From Hormiphora californensis (taxonomy: Eukaryota > Animalia > Ctenophora): DNA of 64,000 nucleotides. Below are positions 35,404 to 48,093 of this stretch, one piece after another; the first letter of the stretch is position 1, and each line of letters opens with the position of its first letter. The stretch is taken from the NCBI GenBank assembly GCA_020137815.1, contig CM035358.1, positions 1,116,001 through 1,180,000 on the forward strand, in the 5' to 3' direction. A program made the position numbers and the translations under genes. Under the pieces are notes generated by a model. The model worked only from the letters and a program-made list of their open reading frames with translations, was not told the DNA's origin and did not search any database.

Positions 35404-38228
35404 TCTCTACATCTTATAAGATCAAGCTCTCCCTCTCCAGCTCCATGGAAACCAGATCTTTGTTTTGTGTATACCACTAACTACATCATACATGTTGTGA
35501 GTAGGGTAAACCGGGGCAAAATGGTTAACTTTTTACTTAATCGGTTCTCACTCCCATTTAAAAGAAGATACAATGAAAAAAATTATATAGGATTAAAGTT
35601 CATTATTTTATCTTTCAAATAAGATAAATTTCAACTCTAGGGACCATCATTTACTTAACTAAATAACTAATTTAAAAATTTTGGTCGGAAAAAATGGTAC
35701 CGGGGCAATTCGAGCATCACCAATAGGAGTGCTTTATTTCGTCACGTGGGAGTCACGTGAACGTCCTCACAACACCAGAAGAAGATTCCCGCCTGGTGTT
35801 GTTAGAGGTGGGGGCAATTCGAACAATGTAATCTACACGCAATCTACACGCTGGTCGTTCTTGCTCGAATTGCCCCGGTATCACGCGTGATCACGTGGTA
35901 CAAAGAACTGCACATCATTGGCCCGGGAGTTAACCAAATTGCCCCGGTGTGTTAACCAAATTGCCCATGTTCGAATTGCCCCGGTTGTTCGAATTGCCCC
36001 GGTAATCTTAATTTACCAGAATTTGGAATGAAAACATGCGAATATTTAAATAATTTTTATACCATCTGAAAGCTGATATTATTAGCTTTCAGCTGGTTTT
36101 TCAAATCGGAAATTGACCAACTTAAACCGGATCTAGAGCCTTTTTAGTGGTAACGGGCAGGCTCGAACGAGCAGTTTTCTTCTGGAGATAGGATGACGTC
36201 ATTATGATAGCTTAACTAGGTGAGAGACGGGCAGTACTATGTTCAAATTGCCCCAGTTGTTCGAATTGCCCCGGTTTACCCTAACTGGGGATCAAGAGGA
36301 TGTCTTGTTTTTATGAAAGCACATTTGTCATCACCGGATTCGGAATGGGATTAAACCAAAATATGAGTGTGACATACTGAAGTAGAGACATATCAGTGTC
36401 ATGCATGCAGTGACGTAATATAGCCTTACTTTTAGACTAAAGGATGTCTATCGTTCCCATGAGAAATTCTCTTTAGTTGAGGGATGAAACAAAACAACAA
36501 TGGGGGGGCAGTTGTTGTTTCCTTGTGCTCTGTATATTGCGACACCTCTGAAGTTGCATAAAATATATTATGCAGATGCGTTCTCTAAAAATATACACCC
36601 TTCTGCCAATAAGTTGTAGAGTTCTGCAGAGAGAGAGAGACAGACATACATACATACATAGACTCAAACAGCGTTTGCTTGTACACATGCTCTCCCTCTC
36701 TTACAAGATCGCTTAGCGTATCGAGTGTGTGCGAGAGAGAGAGCTTTAAATAGAGGGTTATGGAAGAGAATGGTAGTTTACAAATAAGCGGGTAAATGTT
36801 TTACACCGACCAACACAGAGCATATATCAGCATGCCAATCCCAATCTACCAAATCATATCTTAATTGAGCATGACAACAATTCAGTGTTCGACGAACCCT
36901 CCCCTACTAAATCCCCACATTGTTTGTAAGAAGAAGGTTTGCAGCCAAATGGCAGGATATCAGGTTGGCAGGATGCTTACACATGCTGGCTTACACACAA
37001 GCCTAGCGGTCGACTCTTAATTAACGTGTAATTAACAAAGTGACGTCAGTGCAGTATAATGACAACAAAATGTGAATTATGAAGGAGTAAAATGCTCCTT
37101 CATAAAAACTTTTACTTTTTGTAAATTACCTGAAGGAGTTGTTCTCTATGATCAACATATTGTGAGGGCAATCACGAGACAACAACGACATGGACAATAA
37201 TAATGCAAGGGAGCTAGAGAAGTGAGAATATGAAATTTGCACATCTTGAAGGATTATTTATCTCTCCATCTCTAAGTCTCTCATTCCCTCTATCGTTCTC
37301 ATTCTTTATTGTTTGAAGTGTAACATAATAGGCAAGTATCATATTCCTCACAACTCCTACTTTGTGGTTCAAGTCTCGACAACAACAAAGAAACTCACTA
37401 CTTGAAGCAACCTGGACGACTTTTAAAAGCACAGAGAAACCAATACTAACTGTTGTGTCGAAAAACAAACAAACAAGACGGGTATAAATTGTTAAGAAAT
37501 CGAAAGGAGAAAACCAAAACTCGAAAGGGAATGCACATGATGGGTAACAATGCCCCAATCCTAATCGAATCTGAGCACTGACCTATTTTTCTCCAAGACT
37601 TTAGGGATTATAGGAGCATCTTTGATGGTCAGCATTTCCATTTCCATTGCACCCACCATCTCTACCCCTGTCTTCTTATCCTCCACAAATAGTTCTATCA
37701 GCACCTCAGGGGTGTACCCAATGATACCTGAAAAACAAATTGAGAGGTTAGGTAGTATAGACAGGGGGGAGGGGGTAAGATAGCATGGTGGTCGGTGGAG
37801 AGAATCATTTAGGATTAGCTTGGTCTAGACAGCGTGTACTGGGTTTTGTAAACTTCGTCATTCGAAATATTATGAAGAATTAAAGAACGTTATGTCATAA
37901 TACCACAATATAATTTTGGTTTGACGGTAAATTACTGTAATTAATATAATCACGCATGCAGGCACCCTCTGAGAGTATATTGGGTTTGTTTTACAAGCAC
38001 TGGCATGCATGGATGGTAGCTCCTTACCCTTTAGTCCTTCGTCTAGGTCACCTACCAGATAATGCTTTAGAAATCACAGGAGTTAAATGGGCGATATAAA
38101 TCAGTGTTCTCGGAGAAATCACAATATATTTTTAGGAGAAAGCGATATCACACGACAGGGAGGGGGACAAAACACACACGAACAAATCTCGCATGATCCA
38201 AGTATTTGATGTGTTATAATGGTTTATG

Positions 38229-38300
<72 letters not shown>

Positions 38301-40331
38301 TTCGTTGTCAAGAAAAGGGCGAGACATGGCGACAGGTATTAAACCGGATTTCGTTGTCAAGAAAAGGGCGAGACATGGCGACAGGTATTAAACGAGGGAA
38401 GATATTTAACAGAAGCAGAAAGGGAGAGATAGGAAAATTAATAAAAAATGAAGAGAAAGTGGAGTGAGAAAGATCCCAGAAAAAATTGTTTTGGAGACGA
38501 AATTGTCACTCATGCATACACAATGAAATTGTAAGGGAGGGAAGTTAATCAACTGAGAGGACTGGGATATCAAATCTCACTAACCACACATATTCAATCT
38601 CTCTCACACACAATCACACAAATCTCTCTTTCTCGAGGCTTCTACAATACAACTAATATTTTGGTTGTCAAGCTCACCTCCGAGAACATTGTCACAATTC
38701 CGCTTAAGATCCTCTGATAAGGATGTCTCCAGTTCCCCATAACGACGGGCAAACTCCACAATCCGGTTCAGATGTTCTTGCTCAACCGTTCCAAAATACT
38801 GGAAAAAAACGATTTGTATGAATATATTTAAATATTTGAATATTTAATACCTGGATTCACTCCTATTCTGGTGACATGGCTCTACTATCTAGTAGTAAAT
38901 AGCTCCAGAGAAGGGTCAAAGGAATAGTAAAGGATGAATAAACTATTAGCCCATGAAAGGACGAAGCATTATAACAGAGTATGTACATGTAAAACTTGTA
39001 GGATTATGATAACATATCGATTGAACATCTCCATACCACCCCTTGAAAAGCTAAGGGTAGTTGATTGCTAGAATGTACAATGTACTTTGCAACTTCCCCA
39101 ACCCAGAACCCAGCTAAGACCACTAGTACATAACAATGTAAATGTACCTTACAACCCTAAACCAGGCAAACTAGATTGCTAAAATGTTATAAATGTATAC
39201 CTTGCAGCTTTCCACCATGTCTTCATTGTACTCCTCCTGGAGCTTGTTGTACTTCTCCACACTACTTTTATAGGTAGTTTCCGCAAGGGTGAATGCCTCC
39301 TGGCACTTGGTGTGCTTCTGTTGCAACCGCTCTAGCTCTTTCTCTGTAGCCTATAAATGGGTGGTGTTGTACTAACCGAGAGGTGTTAAAATAATAAAAT
39401 GTTAGTTTGGTATAATTGGTGCTGTCAAAACTTTGAAAGAAAAGATAAAAGTCTAGACTTCTTTCTCAATCAAAGTCCTCTAAAATAACGAATTATTACC
39501 TTCCCCACGTTCTCTTCACTCTCAACAAGCTCCTTGTGACGCTGCTGATAGGTTCTCTTGCACTTGTCAACCTGATCTAGAGCACTGCGGACCTTGCTCA
39601 ACACCGCTGAGGTCTTTACGACCACATTCTGCTCTTTAATCTGGATGAAAGATAACTGGTATACGTTAACGAAAGTAAAGAAGTTATCGAACCCGAATTT
39701 AAACAATTGGCAATATAGGAGTCTGAGGAGAAAAGGGTTTATCTAAACGATTCGATGCTCACCAGTTTTCCCGCTTTGTTGGTTGCCTCAATTTTGTAAG
39801 ACCCAATATCAGAGCACAACTCCTTTATTTGAGAAGAGTAATCAAAGTGGATTTTGCTCATGCTGTCAATGTACTTCTTAACCACCTCCCAAATCGGTAA
39901 AAACGTCCTAAAATGGAGAGTTAAAGTTCAAGTTCAATTATATTTCTACACAATATCCTTGTCAAGATTGTGTGTTGCGTTTTGCAAAGAGCAAAGCACT
40001 AAAACCGAAGTTGAATAGTTCGACTTTTATTAAGCAAGAGCTCACCCCACTGCGGTCACTGATGATGTTTTGTCCGAGAGACGGCGGAGTGATTTCGAGA
40101 AAGCTTCCTCGTAGTTCGCCCGCTCCCGTAAAATTTCATGAAATTCTTTGGCTGCAGTGACGCCATGTTTCATATTCGTTAGAAGCGCATCGTATCCCGC
40201 ATTGTTTTCACCCTGTTAACGAGTAAATTGGGTTTAGAGATTGATTTTAACTGAGTTAACATAGATTAAACGACGCAAAACCCAGTTCTCACCCAGAAAT
40301 AATGCTGAAATGCATCTCCAGCGGCGACCAT
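34484..40331 (-). CDS. FCHO2: FCHO1/2-like F-BAR protein (partial; mu-homology domain exons not in window)
   Basis: Exons 40293-40331, 40046-40212, 39763-39907, 39500-39640, 39201-39350, 38678-38798, 37583-37727 and 34484-34753. They give [13 protein letters not shown]|[47 protein letters not shown]|[10 protein letters not shown], matching the FCHO F-BAR (FWGEKN.G..L..N.K.G....KE.....RERA..EE.YS..GTF.P.W), then a Ser/Pro-rich linker. Confidence 0.85.
35504..36281. mobile_element. TA-flanked non-autonomous DNA transposon with multiple internal copies of its TIR motif
   Basis: TA|GGGTAAACCGGGGCAA ... TTGCCCCGGTTTACCC|TA. The AATTGCCCCGG motif recurs many times internally. Inside an FCHO intron. 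Confidence 0.82.
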
Positions 40332-40509
40332 AGGTTCCCCAGTTTAGAAGGCGTGTTCTGGGGTGTCTGTTGTCTATGAACGCATATGATTTGATTGTAT
40401 GTAGGAGCACAGAGGTCGGTCAAGTAGAGTCAAACGTTTAAAAACTTTGTGTTCCGAAAACAAAAATGACTTTTTGAGCTTAAAATTTCATATCAGTTCT
40501 TAATTGCGA

Positions 40510-40615
40510 ACCGCGCACGCCGCGCTGTATTTTTTAGTGCGCGTCATTTATTTGCGCGCACAAAGTACACCCTTGTCAGCGCTTTACAGTCTTAGCGCGC
40601 TGACAAGACCGCGGG
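40510..40615. promoter_or_regulatory. Putative promoter (CGCG-rich patch) upstream of FCHO, possibly bidirectional
   Basis: ccgcgcacgccgcgc..gcgcgtc..gcgcgcac..gcgcgc lies about 200-280 bp upstream of the FCHO ATG. Confidence 0.45.
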
Positions 40616-41315
40616 AATGAGATTCCATTTTCAATTTTGTTTCGTTATTCGGGGCTCATTGTTTTGTAGGGGTGCCCGGTACAAAATTGTTGTCAATTAT
40701 TTAACAATTAGCCATGTCATTGCTCCCATCCGCGTCCTTTTTCCTAGTCACTGACTCGTACAGTAGTATAATATCTTCCCGAGCTATCGATCAGGAAGTT
40801 GCCAAATTGAGGATCTAAACTGAGGTCAGTGTCACATGAGTATTGAGTCTATAATTCCCTCTATTGGCTACTGCTGCTATTTGTTAGCTAGGTTACTGCA
40901 GTACATCTCAGTGTGTGCCTGTTTAATATGCTCACTGCTGCAACGAGTCTGCATCCTAATAGGGTTAAGGGTCTTTAAGTTAAACTCTCTCATTTTGACA
41001 TTTATCATCATCTTTTTAGACTTCTCATTTGTCCTTGTACCTCATGTACAATGTACCTAGCGTGATCCAGTGAGGAGAGAGTTCGTTAGATGCAGACAGG
41101 CACTATAGAAACGGACGGTAGAGAGCTAGAGAGGGGAACAACAGAATGTGAGAGAGAGGGAGAGAGCGGAGAGACATAATCGTTTCCTAGATCCAGAACT
41201 CGGAGAGAGAGAGCTCACAGTGTGGTATACAGCTGTCTGTGCGAGTACAGTGATATGTTCTAATTGCCCTCCCTCTCTCGATTCAGATGCATCATTTAGA
41301 TACAAATAATTCCTT

Positions 41316-41405
41316 TGCTTCTTGACTCCTATCTGTTTCGCTTTCCTTCTTGACTCCTATCTGTTTCGCTTTCCTTCTTGGCTCCTATCTGTTTCGCTTT
41401 CCTTC
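41316..41405. repeat. 29-bp tandem repeat x3 (cttcttgactcctatctgtttcgctttc)
   Basis: Directly visible. Confidence 0.85.
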
Positions 41406-43340
41406 CTAAGTTGAGTCTTTGTCCCTTTTTTGTTTCCTTCACTATTTTTCTTTCCGTCAGCTCTGTTTGTACCTTCTCTTGTCCCTTCTCTTTCTTGTCT
41501 TTCTAACTTATAGGCTCACATATATTGACATGCACAGGGGACATTATGGAAGGAACCGAAAAGAAGAGAGATTGAATTTGGGCTAGAGAGGGAAAGTGAA
41601 TCTAGGCGAGGGAGAGAGAAAGGGGGGTCTGGAATGTGCGTGTGTGTTGAATGCCATGTAGGAGCTTGGGGCAGAGCGGGTTCTACATAACTGCTTCTGA
41701 AAATAAAATTATCTTTCCTCGCTTTTTTCGTCTTAACCTTTGCATTAAATTTTATCGTCTCGTCTGATATAATTGCTTGGACGGTCTGGGTGGCTGGGAA
41801 GTGGCTGAGGCTTTAGGAGAGTTCTCCTCTGATGATGATTTATCAGGACATTATAGGACATTACAGGACATTAGGCCAGGGGGAGGGGGTAGGGTGTTCC
41901 TGGCTAACCTAATTCTTGATACCATGATATCATGCTATTCAGGAAATATTATACCAAAATGACCTTATATTCTCATCTCTCTCTAACTCTACCTAACCGT
42001 CCATTATGTTGGGTCTTTGAAAATCTCAAAATTTTAGAATTAGGTTTAGATTTTCAAAAACCTAGCTAGAATGCTGGAAATCTAATTTTGTATGTGACCA
42101 GATGTGAGGTACAAGCTCTGAGAAATGAATGTCTTTGTCAGAAAGTTGTCCTGTCCCCACCCCGGAAGTTGGCCGTTAGCATGAATAAGAGTTCCTGTGT
42201 GCTGTTCAGAGATTGTTTACAGACCTCTATTATTGTCTTCTCAGCACACACTGAACATAACTGAACATCTAACAACAAACAACATGAGTTTATATGAGTC
42301 TGTCCGGCCTTTGTTTTTAAGACCATATGCTCTCCATGGCTCTTTGACGTGTGTAATAAATCACTTTCTTTCCTTTTCATTTATACCTTCACTGAATGTT
42401 ATATTACAGAATGTTATATACCATCTCAAGTTGCTAGTAGAGAGTAATGACGTGTTGTTCCGCGGTTGTTCGGGACATTCGGGGAAGAGAGGGAGCTTTG
42501 TTTTGTTTTGGTGGTGGGGAGGAAGGGGGTCCCCGGGTCTCTGGAATTCCTGGCTTCGTTCCAGAGAGCTGTTCATGTTGCGGTGCAGCTCATTAGTACC
42601 AACCTCCTTCTTCACTGGGGTTCCTCTTGTTATGTTCTAACCCTCCTTTACGGGGGCGCGCGAAATACAGTCTAGCTAGGCAAGGTTCCTCATTCTTATT
42701 CCTCCTCATCTATGAACTATAGAGGTCAGGTACCCCATCTCCGATCCTGTTTAAATGCCCTGTTTCTTCTTTATGATCACTGATCAGACAGAACTTGAGC
42801 TCTTTACTTTCTACTATAACACACTGCTATCCTATCCTACCAAGCCGCAAGCGCTATTCAATGGTAGCAGTTGCAGCATTTTATATTTGCAGTCTATCAC
42901 TAGTTAACCCTGCAAACTGAGATGCCCCCATCTTTCCCGGTCCCCCTCTCTCTCTATTTCCTTCTCTCAACTTTTGTTTAGCTCATCAGGGTTGTCTCTA
43001 CTCTCTTTGTCTCTACTCTCTTAGAGTCAAAGTGGTCTTAGCTCGATGTGTGTAGAGTCTTATACAGACTCTATAACAGTGTAAACTCTATGTGGGTGTA
43101 ATTGTATAGAGGGGAGGTGCAGCAGCATAAAGGACTAAAACGTAAAACTATAATAGCTATAAAGTATTGTCTAGTTTATGACCCATTATATGTGTTCAAT
43201 TTTTCTTTTTTTTATACACCAATTCATCCACCACTACACATTTTAGTAGAGTGGAGCTAGAAAAAGCATAGGAAGCTTTTCGGTACTTCTTTGTGTGTTT
43301 TACTTAGTTGGCTCTCCGCCATTGTACTTTGAGAGAGAGG

Positions 43341-43523
<183 letters not shown>

Positions 43524-46500
43524 GAGTTGAGGTACTTTACAGCACTCTTCTTTGCTTGTTAGTGTATAATTATTGTACTCTCACACACGATCTTTACAAA
43601 TCTATCAGAATCTTACCTACTTTAGCTTTAATAGGTTATTCGGTAGGGATGATCGTCGACGCTGGACGCCCCATATATTCGAGAGCTATAACAGGCGAGA
43701 CAGAAGGAACCATATGGTACCATAGTTTTATTTGGCTATCAACGAATTAATGGTTTTCTCACCGCGTCGTTTTCCTGGCTAATTTGCCACTTCCCCCTCT
43801 TTCTCACCATTTACAAATCTTCCCTCCCTTCTCCTCTATCTTCCCATCTGCATCTCCCTCTCCCCTGCTCCCTTCTCCTCTTATATTCCTCCCTGTATCA
43901 TTGGATAGTTGAGACTCTCTGTTTGTTTTTCATTTCCCTTCCTATCCGGGTTAGCGCTGCATCTCTCCATCTCCCTATGCATCTCCCATCTTTCTGTTTG
44001 TCACATCAAGATTCAAGATAGTTATTAAGTTTAGACTTTAGGTTCACGACTCAGTTTCTGCTGAGTTTGAAACTGAGTTCATGGGTTGGTTACGAAGTTA
44101 CCCCTTGCTAGCGCGCGCGAAGGTCGCCCGAGTGTGAGGTGTCTTCGATACCAAGTTCATGGGGTCTCTGATAGTTATACTCCCTGAATGACGTGCCATA
44201 TCGATGACATCACTAAATACTGCTATGACGTCACTGTGGTGATAGCAGCCCTCATTATGTATCCGGTATGAATTAGTTACCACCAAATATGGGAGCAGGG
44301 GGGTCATATTCCCCTTCTTGTGCAGATCACGTGACCTCTCTCTCCCTTCATTCCTGGGAGAGAGAATGGAATTCGATTTGTAATCTAACCTACCCACTCC
44401 ATTCATCATTCCTTCCATCTCTCCCTCTCGGGTCTCTGTTCTTCTCTCTCGTTTTCAGACACCTTTCTCTCTCTCTGTCCACTTGGCTCCCTCCCTCTCG
44501 TTTTCAGACGCCTCACCGGATATTCCCCCGCCATTTGCTGCTCTATATGACTGCTGGTGTGTGAATTACACTGGCAGGGTGGAGTTTCAGATGTATTTCA
44601 TAGTTCATTGTAGTTATGCTTGATCCAATTACATAGCTTTTGGTATCGGTCATAAGCGCTTTGAAATATTCCTGAAACTTCAAAGATGCACTCTTTATGT
44701 TTATACCATAATGTATGTAGAATCGCAAGCATATCTCAGATATGTCAATTTTAAAAAGTGTACATAATACTTTTCTTTCTTTCTCGTGGCTTTATAAGCC
44801 GATGTTCTTGAGAGATTTCAGCTGTTTTGATTTGCTACCAATTACCTCTTTACTAATTAACTAGTTTTCCTTCAACTATTGATTGACTAGACTCCTTCGT
44901 CAATCAAGTAAGGACCTTAGCAACCAAACACTGGATATATAAGGGTCTTGTCACAGTATTGGACTGTTTGTACAAGCTCTACAAGCCCCCCATTCCTCAG
45001 TGTGTCATTATAACCCAATGTGTAAACAACTATAGTCGTTAGTTTTGCGGGGTAAATAGAGCTCCCTCTTCCTCTTTGAATCCACAACAATTGTGGAATA
45101 GTGAATGGCCGGGTCATATTGTATCCTCTTTCTGGAATTCCCTTTGTCAGTAACAAGCACCCTTTCTTTGGGTGCTTGTGGCTGTACAAAGTATACAAAG
45201 TACAGACCCCCTTTCTCCTTCTTGATGTTCTACCCACAACTAGATAGCTAGAAACCCCCACCCTTTCTAGCTCCAGCCGTCTAGTTGCAGTTGCTATCGT
45301 CTCAACGTCCCTACCCGCTCTTGCAGCTGTAGAGGGTGCACCCAATTTCATGTGTATGATGGTCTAACAAGATGAGCTGTATTGCATCACTTTCTTCTGC
45401 AGCAGATCTCATTACTTCTTTAGAGCGAGATATATACTGAGCTGTGTGGGAGGAGAAGCACCTCGCCCTATACCAGTCCGATAATCAGCTTTTCTAGAAA
45501 ACTAGCTCACACCCTAAAGTATTTCACCTGTGTGTTTGTAATTTAGTATGCTGGGAATTCTAACGTTATTGGTGTCTGTTGGCAGTGAATATAAACCAAC
45601 CAATGCATAATCCAGACTTCAGATTACCATGTCATAAATTTTTTAAACACTGGGCTATAACAGCTGTTTTGACAGTGTATTATATCTTGTTCAGACTGTC
45701 TCAATTCTTACACCCCCACGGACCCCTGAAAGCACCAGTATGACGTGTTCACGGGAGAGATGATAAAGGCACCGGTGACAGTGTAACAAGTCATGTCCAG
45801 TATATCATCGCCGCACCTGGCTACTTCTCTGTAACTCAATCTAGTACAGCAGCTTTCCAGACCGAGATGATCAGAGTATATATCTCTCTCAGAGACTCTG
45901 CTTGATCAAAGAGAAGGGGGCTAGCTGATCAAGCTTGATCTTTCCACCTGCTACCTCCTCCTATGATCCAGTCTCTTTCTCTCTCTCTCTCTCTTCTCCT
46001 CTCTCCCTCTCCCCTTTTCTCTCTTCCTTCTCTCTCTCCTCTCCTCTTCTCTTCTCTCTTTCCTCTCTCCCCCCTCTCCTTCTCTCGTCTCCTCTCTCTC
46101 CTCTCTCCTCCCTCCCTACTCTCTTTCTCTACCATGTACCTTTTGGTTTAAACGAGAAAATCTCTTTACAAAATGGAACTCGGCGTCCAATTCTCTTCCC
46201 CCTGATCCTTCTTTTGTGTAAAAAGAATAAATCCCGATGCCTTTTATCGTATGGTAGTAAAGCTGTCATTCTCAATCTTCCCGGTCTCCTCCTCTCTCTA
46301 ACGCTATGTTCCAAACTTCCCTGCTCCTTCGGGGTTCTATCTTCTTCTCAACGGTCCTCTCTCTCCTCTCCTCTCTCTCTCTCTCTCTCTCTTCTCTCCT
46401 TCACCGCTTTAAAACGGGATAAATTCATTTAACAAAGGAAATATGGTAATTGCTTAATTGGTTTCTTTAGTTAAGAAAGGGATAGATAAACCCTTTTGCA

Positions 46501-47683
46501 GTATAGAGTAAATTTTAATAAAGCTTGGGGTCTTAAATTGCCTGAACCAATTATAGTTGCCTTTTTTTTTATTCTTTTTTATTTTTCTAGGTATTTTTTC
46601 AGCCAACGGGAAAGTATAAAAACTTTTTTTACTAAGTAGGCCAAAAGGGGGTTATCAAAAATGGGAATTAGAATTTGGCGCAAAAAATTGTGGCCGGGGT
46701 TACTATGGGTTTTAAAACCAAAAAATTTTTTCTTTTTCTTTTTTTAAATGCCCCCGCTTTTCCCTGAAAAGTTAGTGAGAGGCCAGGGAGTCTCTTGGAT
46801 AAAAATAAATAAAGAAAGGAAGAGCAAAGATATCTCAACCACTAAGTTTATGTCCTACTATACAACAGCTTACAGCTTGTAGTTAGTAGTATTTAGAGGC
46901 TTTGTCTGCTGCATGCCTCTATTTTAGTACCCCATGACCTCAAGAGTCCTCAGTTCTCACTTCTCCCTTTATACTTTGTTTTCGTTTGCTCCAGATGTAA
47001 TACAAACACACAGAATCAGATATATTATACCCATGATATAGGCCATGGCGCGGGCGCCTCATGGAACTTACCCGTAATACATTCTTCTCTCTCTATCCCT
47101 CTCCCTGGACCTCTCTCCCTGACCTTCTCTCCCTGACCCTCTCTCCCTGGACCTCTCTCCCTGGACCTCTCTTGACTATTCCCAGTTCCCTATTCGTGTT
47201 GTGCTTACTTCTCCATTGCTTAAATCTTGACCAACCTTAATGAAACTTCTATGTATATAGTGTAGACTGCTCTAACTTAGATTTCTCTAACTTAGATAAT
47301 ATACTGAATGCTTGTGGTCAGTTCACGTTTTCTGATTTTTTTCTCAGCTTCTTTTCGTAACTTTCTTATTTCTCCAGCAAGATTTATGGTACAATAAGAC
47401 GTGAGAAAAAGGAAGAGGAAACAAACACGTTACTGAAATAAGAGGTATTTTATTTTGATCGTCATTTTGAATTTCTTAACTTGATACAACCGTTCTCTCC
47501 CTCTCTTCTCACTGTCACGTCACTAGAATCATAGCTGAGCTGTCAATGCTGCGGTTGACGGTTGTCTTACAATCTGATCGGCGTTTTAAAATGTGACAGC
47601 CGCCGCACTGGTGAAACAGAATATGCTCAATTTCACTGTTGATGGAATATGTTTACCTAGCTATGATGAAACGCTCAGAGTGA

Positions 47684-47740
<57 letters not shown>

Positions 47741-48093
47741 TCAGAGAGAAAGAATGTGTAAAACGTAGTGTTATCCAAACAAACACAACACTGAATTCTG
47801 TGTGTGCTATATACCGTTACGTGTGCTCTCTGCTATACTTGCTTGAACCAGCATCGAAAATTGTTTCACAGCTGTACTACTCAGCGCCCCATGCTCCCGG
47901 CCGTTGTACTACAATCTTCACAGAGGATAATTCCCAGAAGTGTTTCCCTCGTCTAGGGATCAGGGATATCGAATCCCAGCTAAATGACCAGCAGTAGTGA
48001 CCGATCAGAAACATCCTCTTCTTCTTCTTCTTCCATCCTCTCTATCCAGTTCTAGCCGGCAGCAATCTGAACAGAGGAGCTACTCTCCAGTGT

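Noticed and set aside
40714-41117. First exons of a plus-strand gene divergent from FCHO
   Set aside because: Splice-like sites are present, but the ORF stops before the donor; they may be UTR exons and cannot be supported as CDS.
42361-42615. 84-aa minus-strand ORF as an exon
   Set aside because: No recognisable domain or phase-compatible neighbouring exons.
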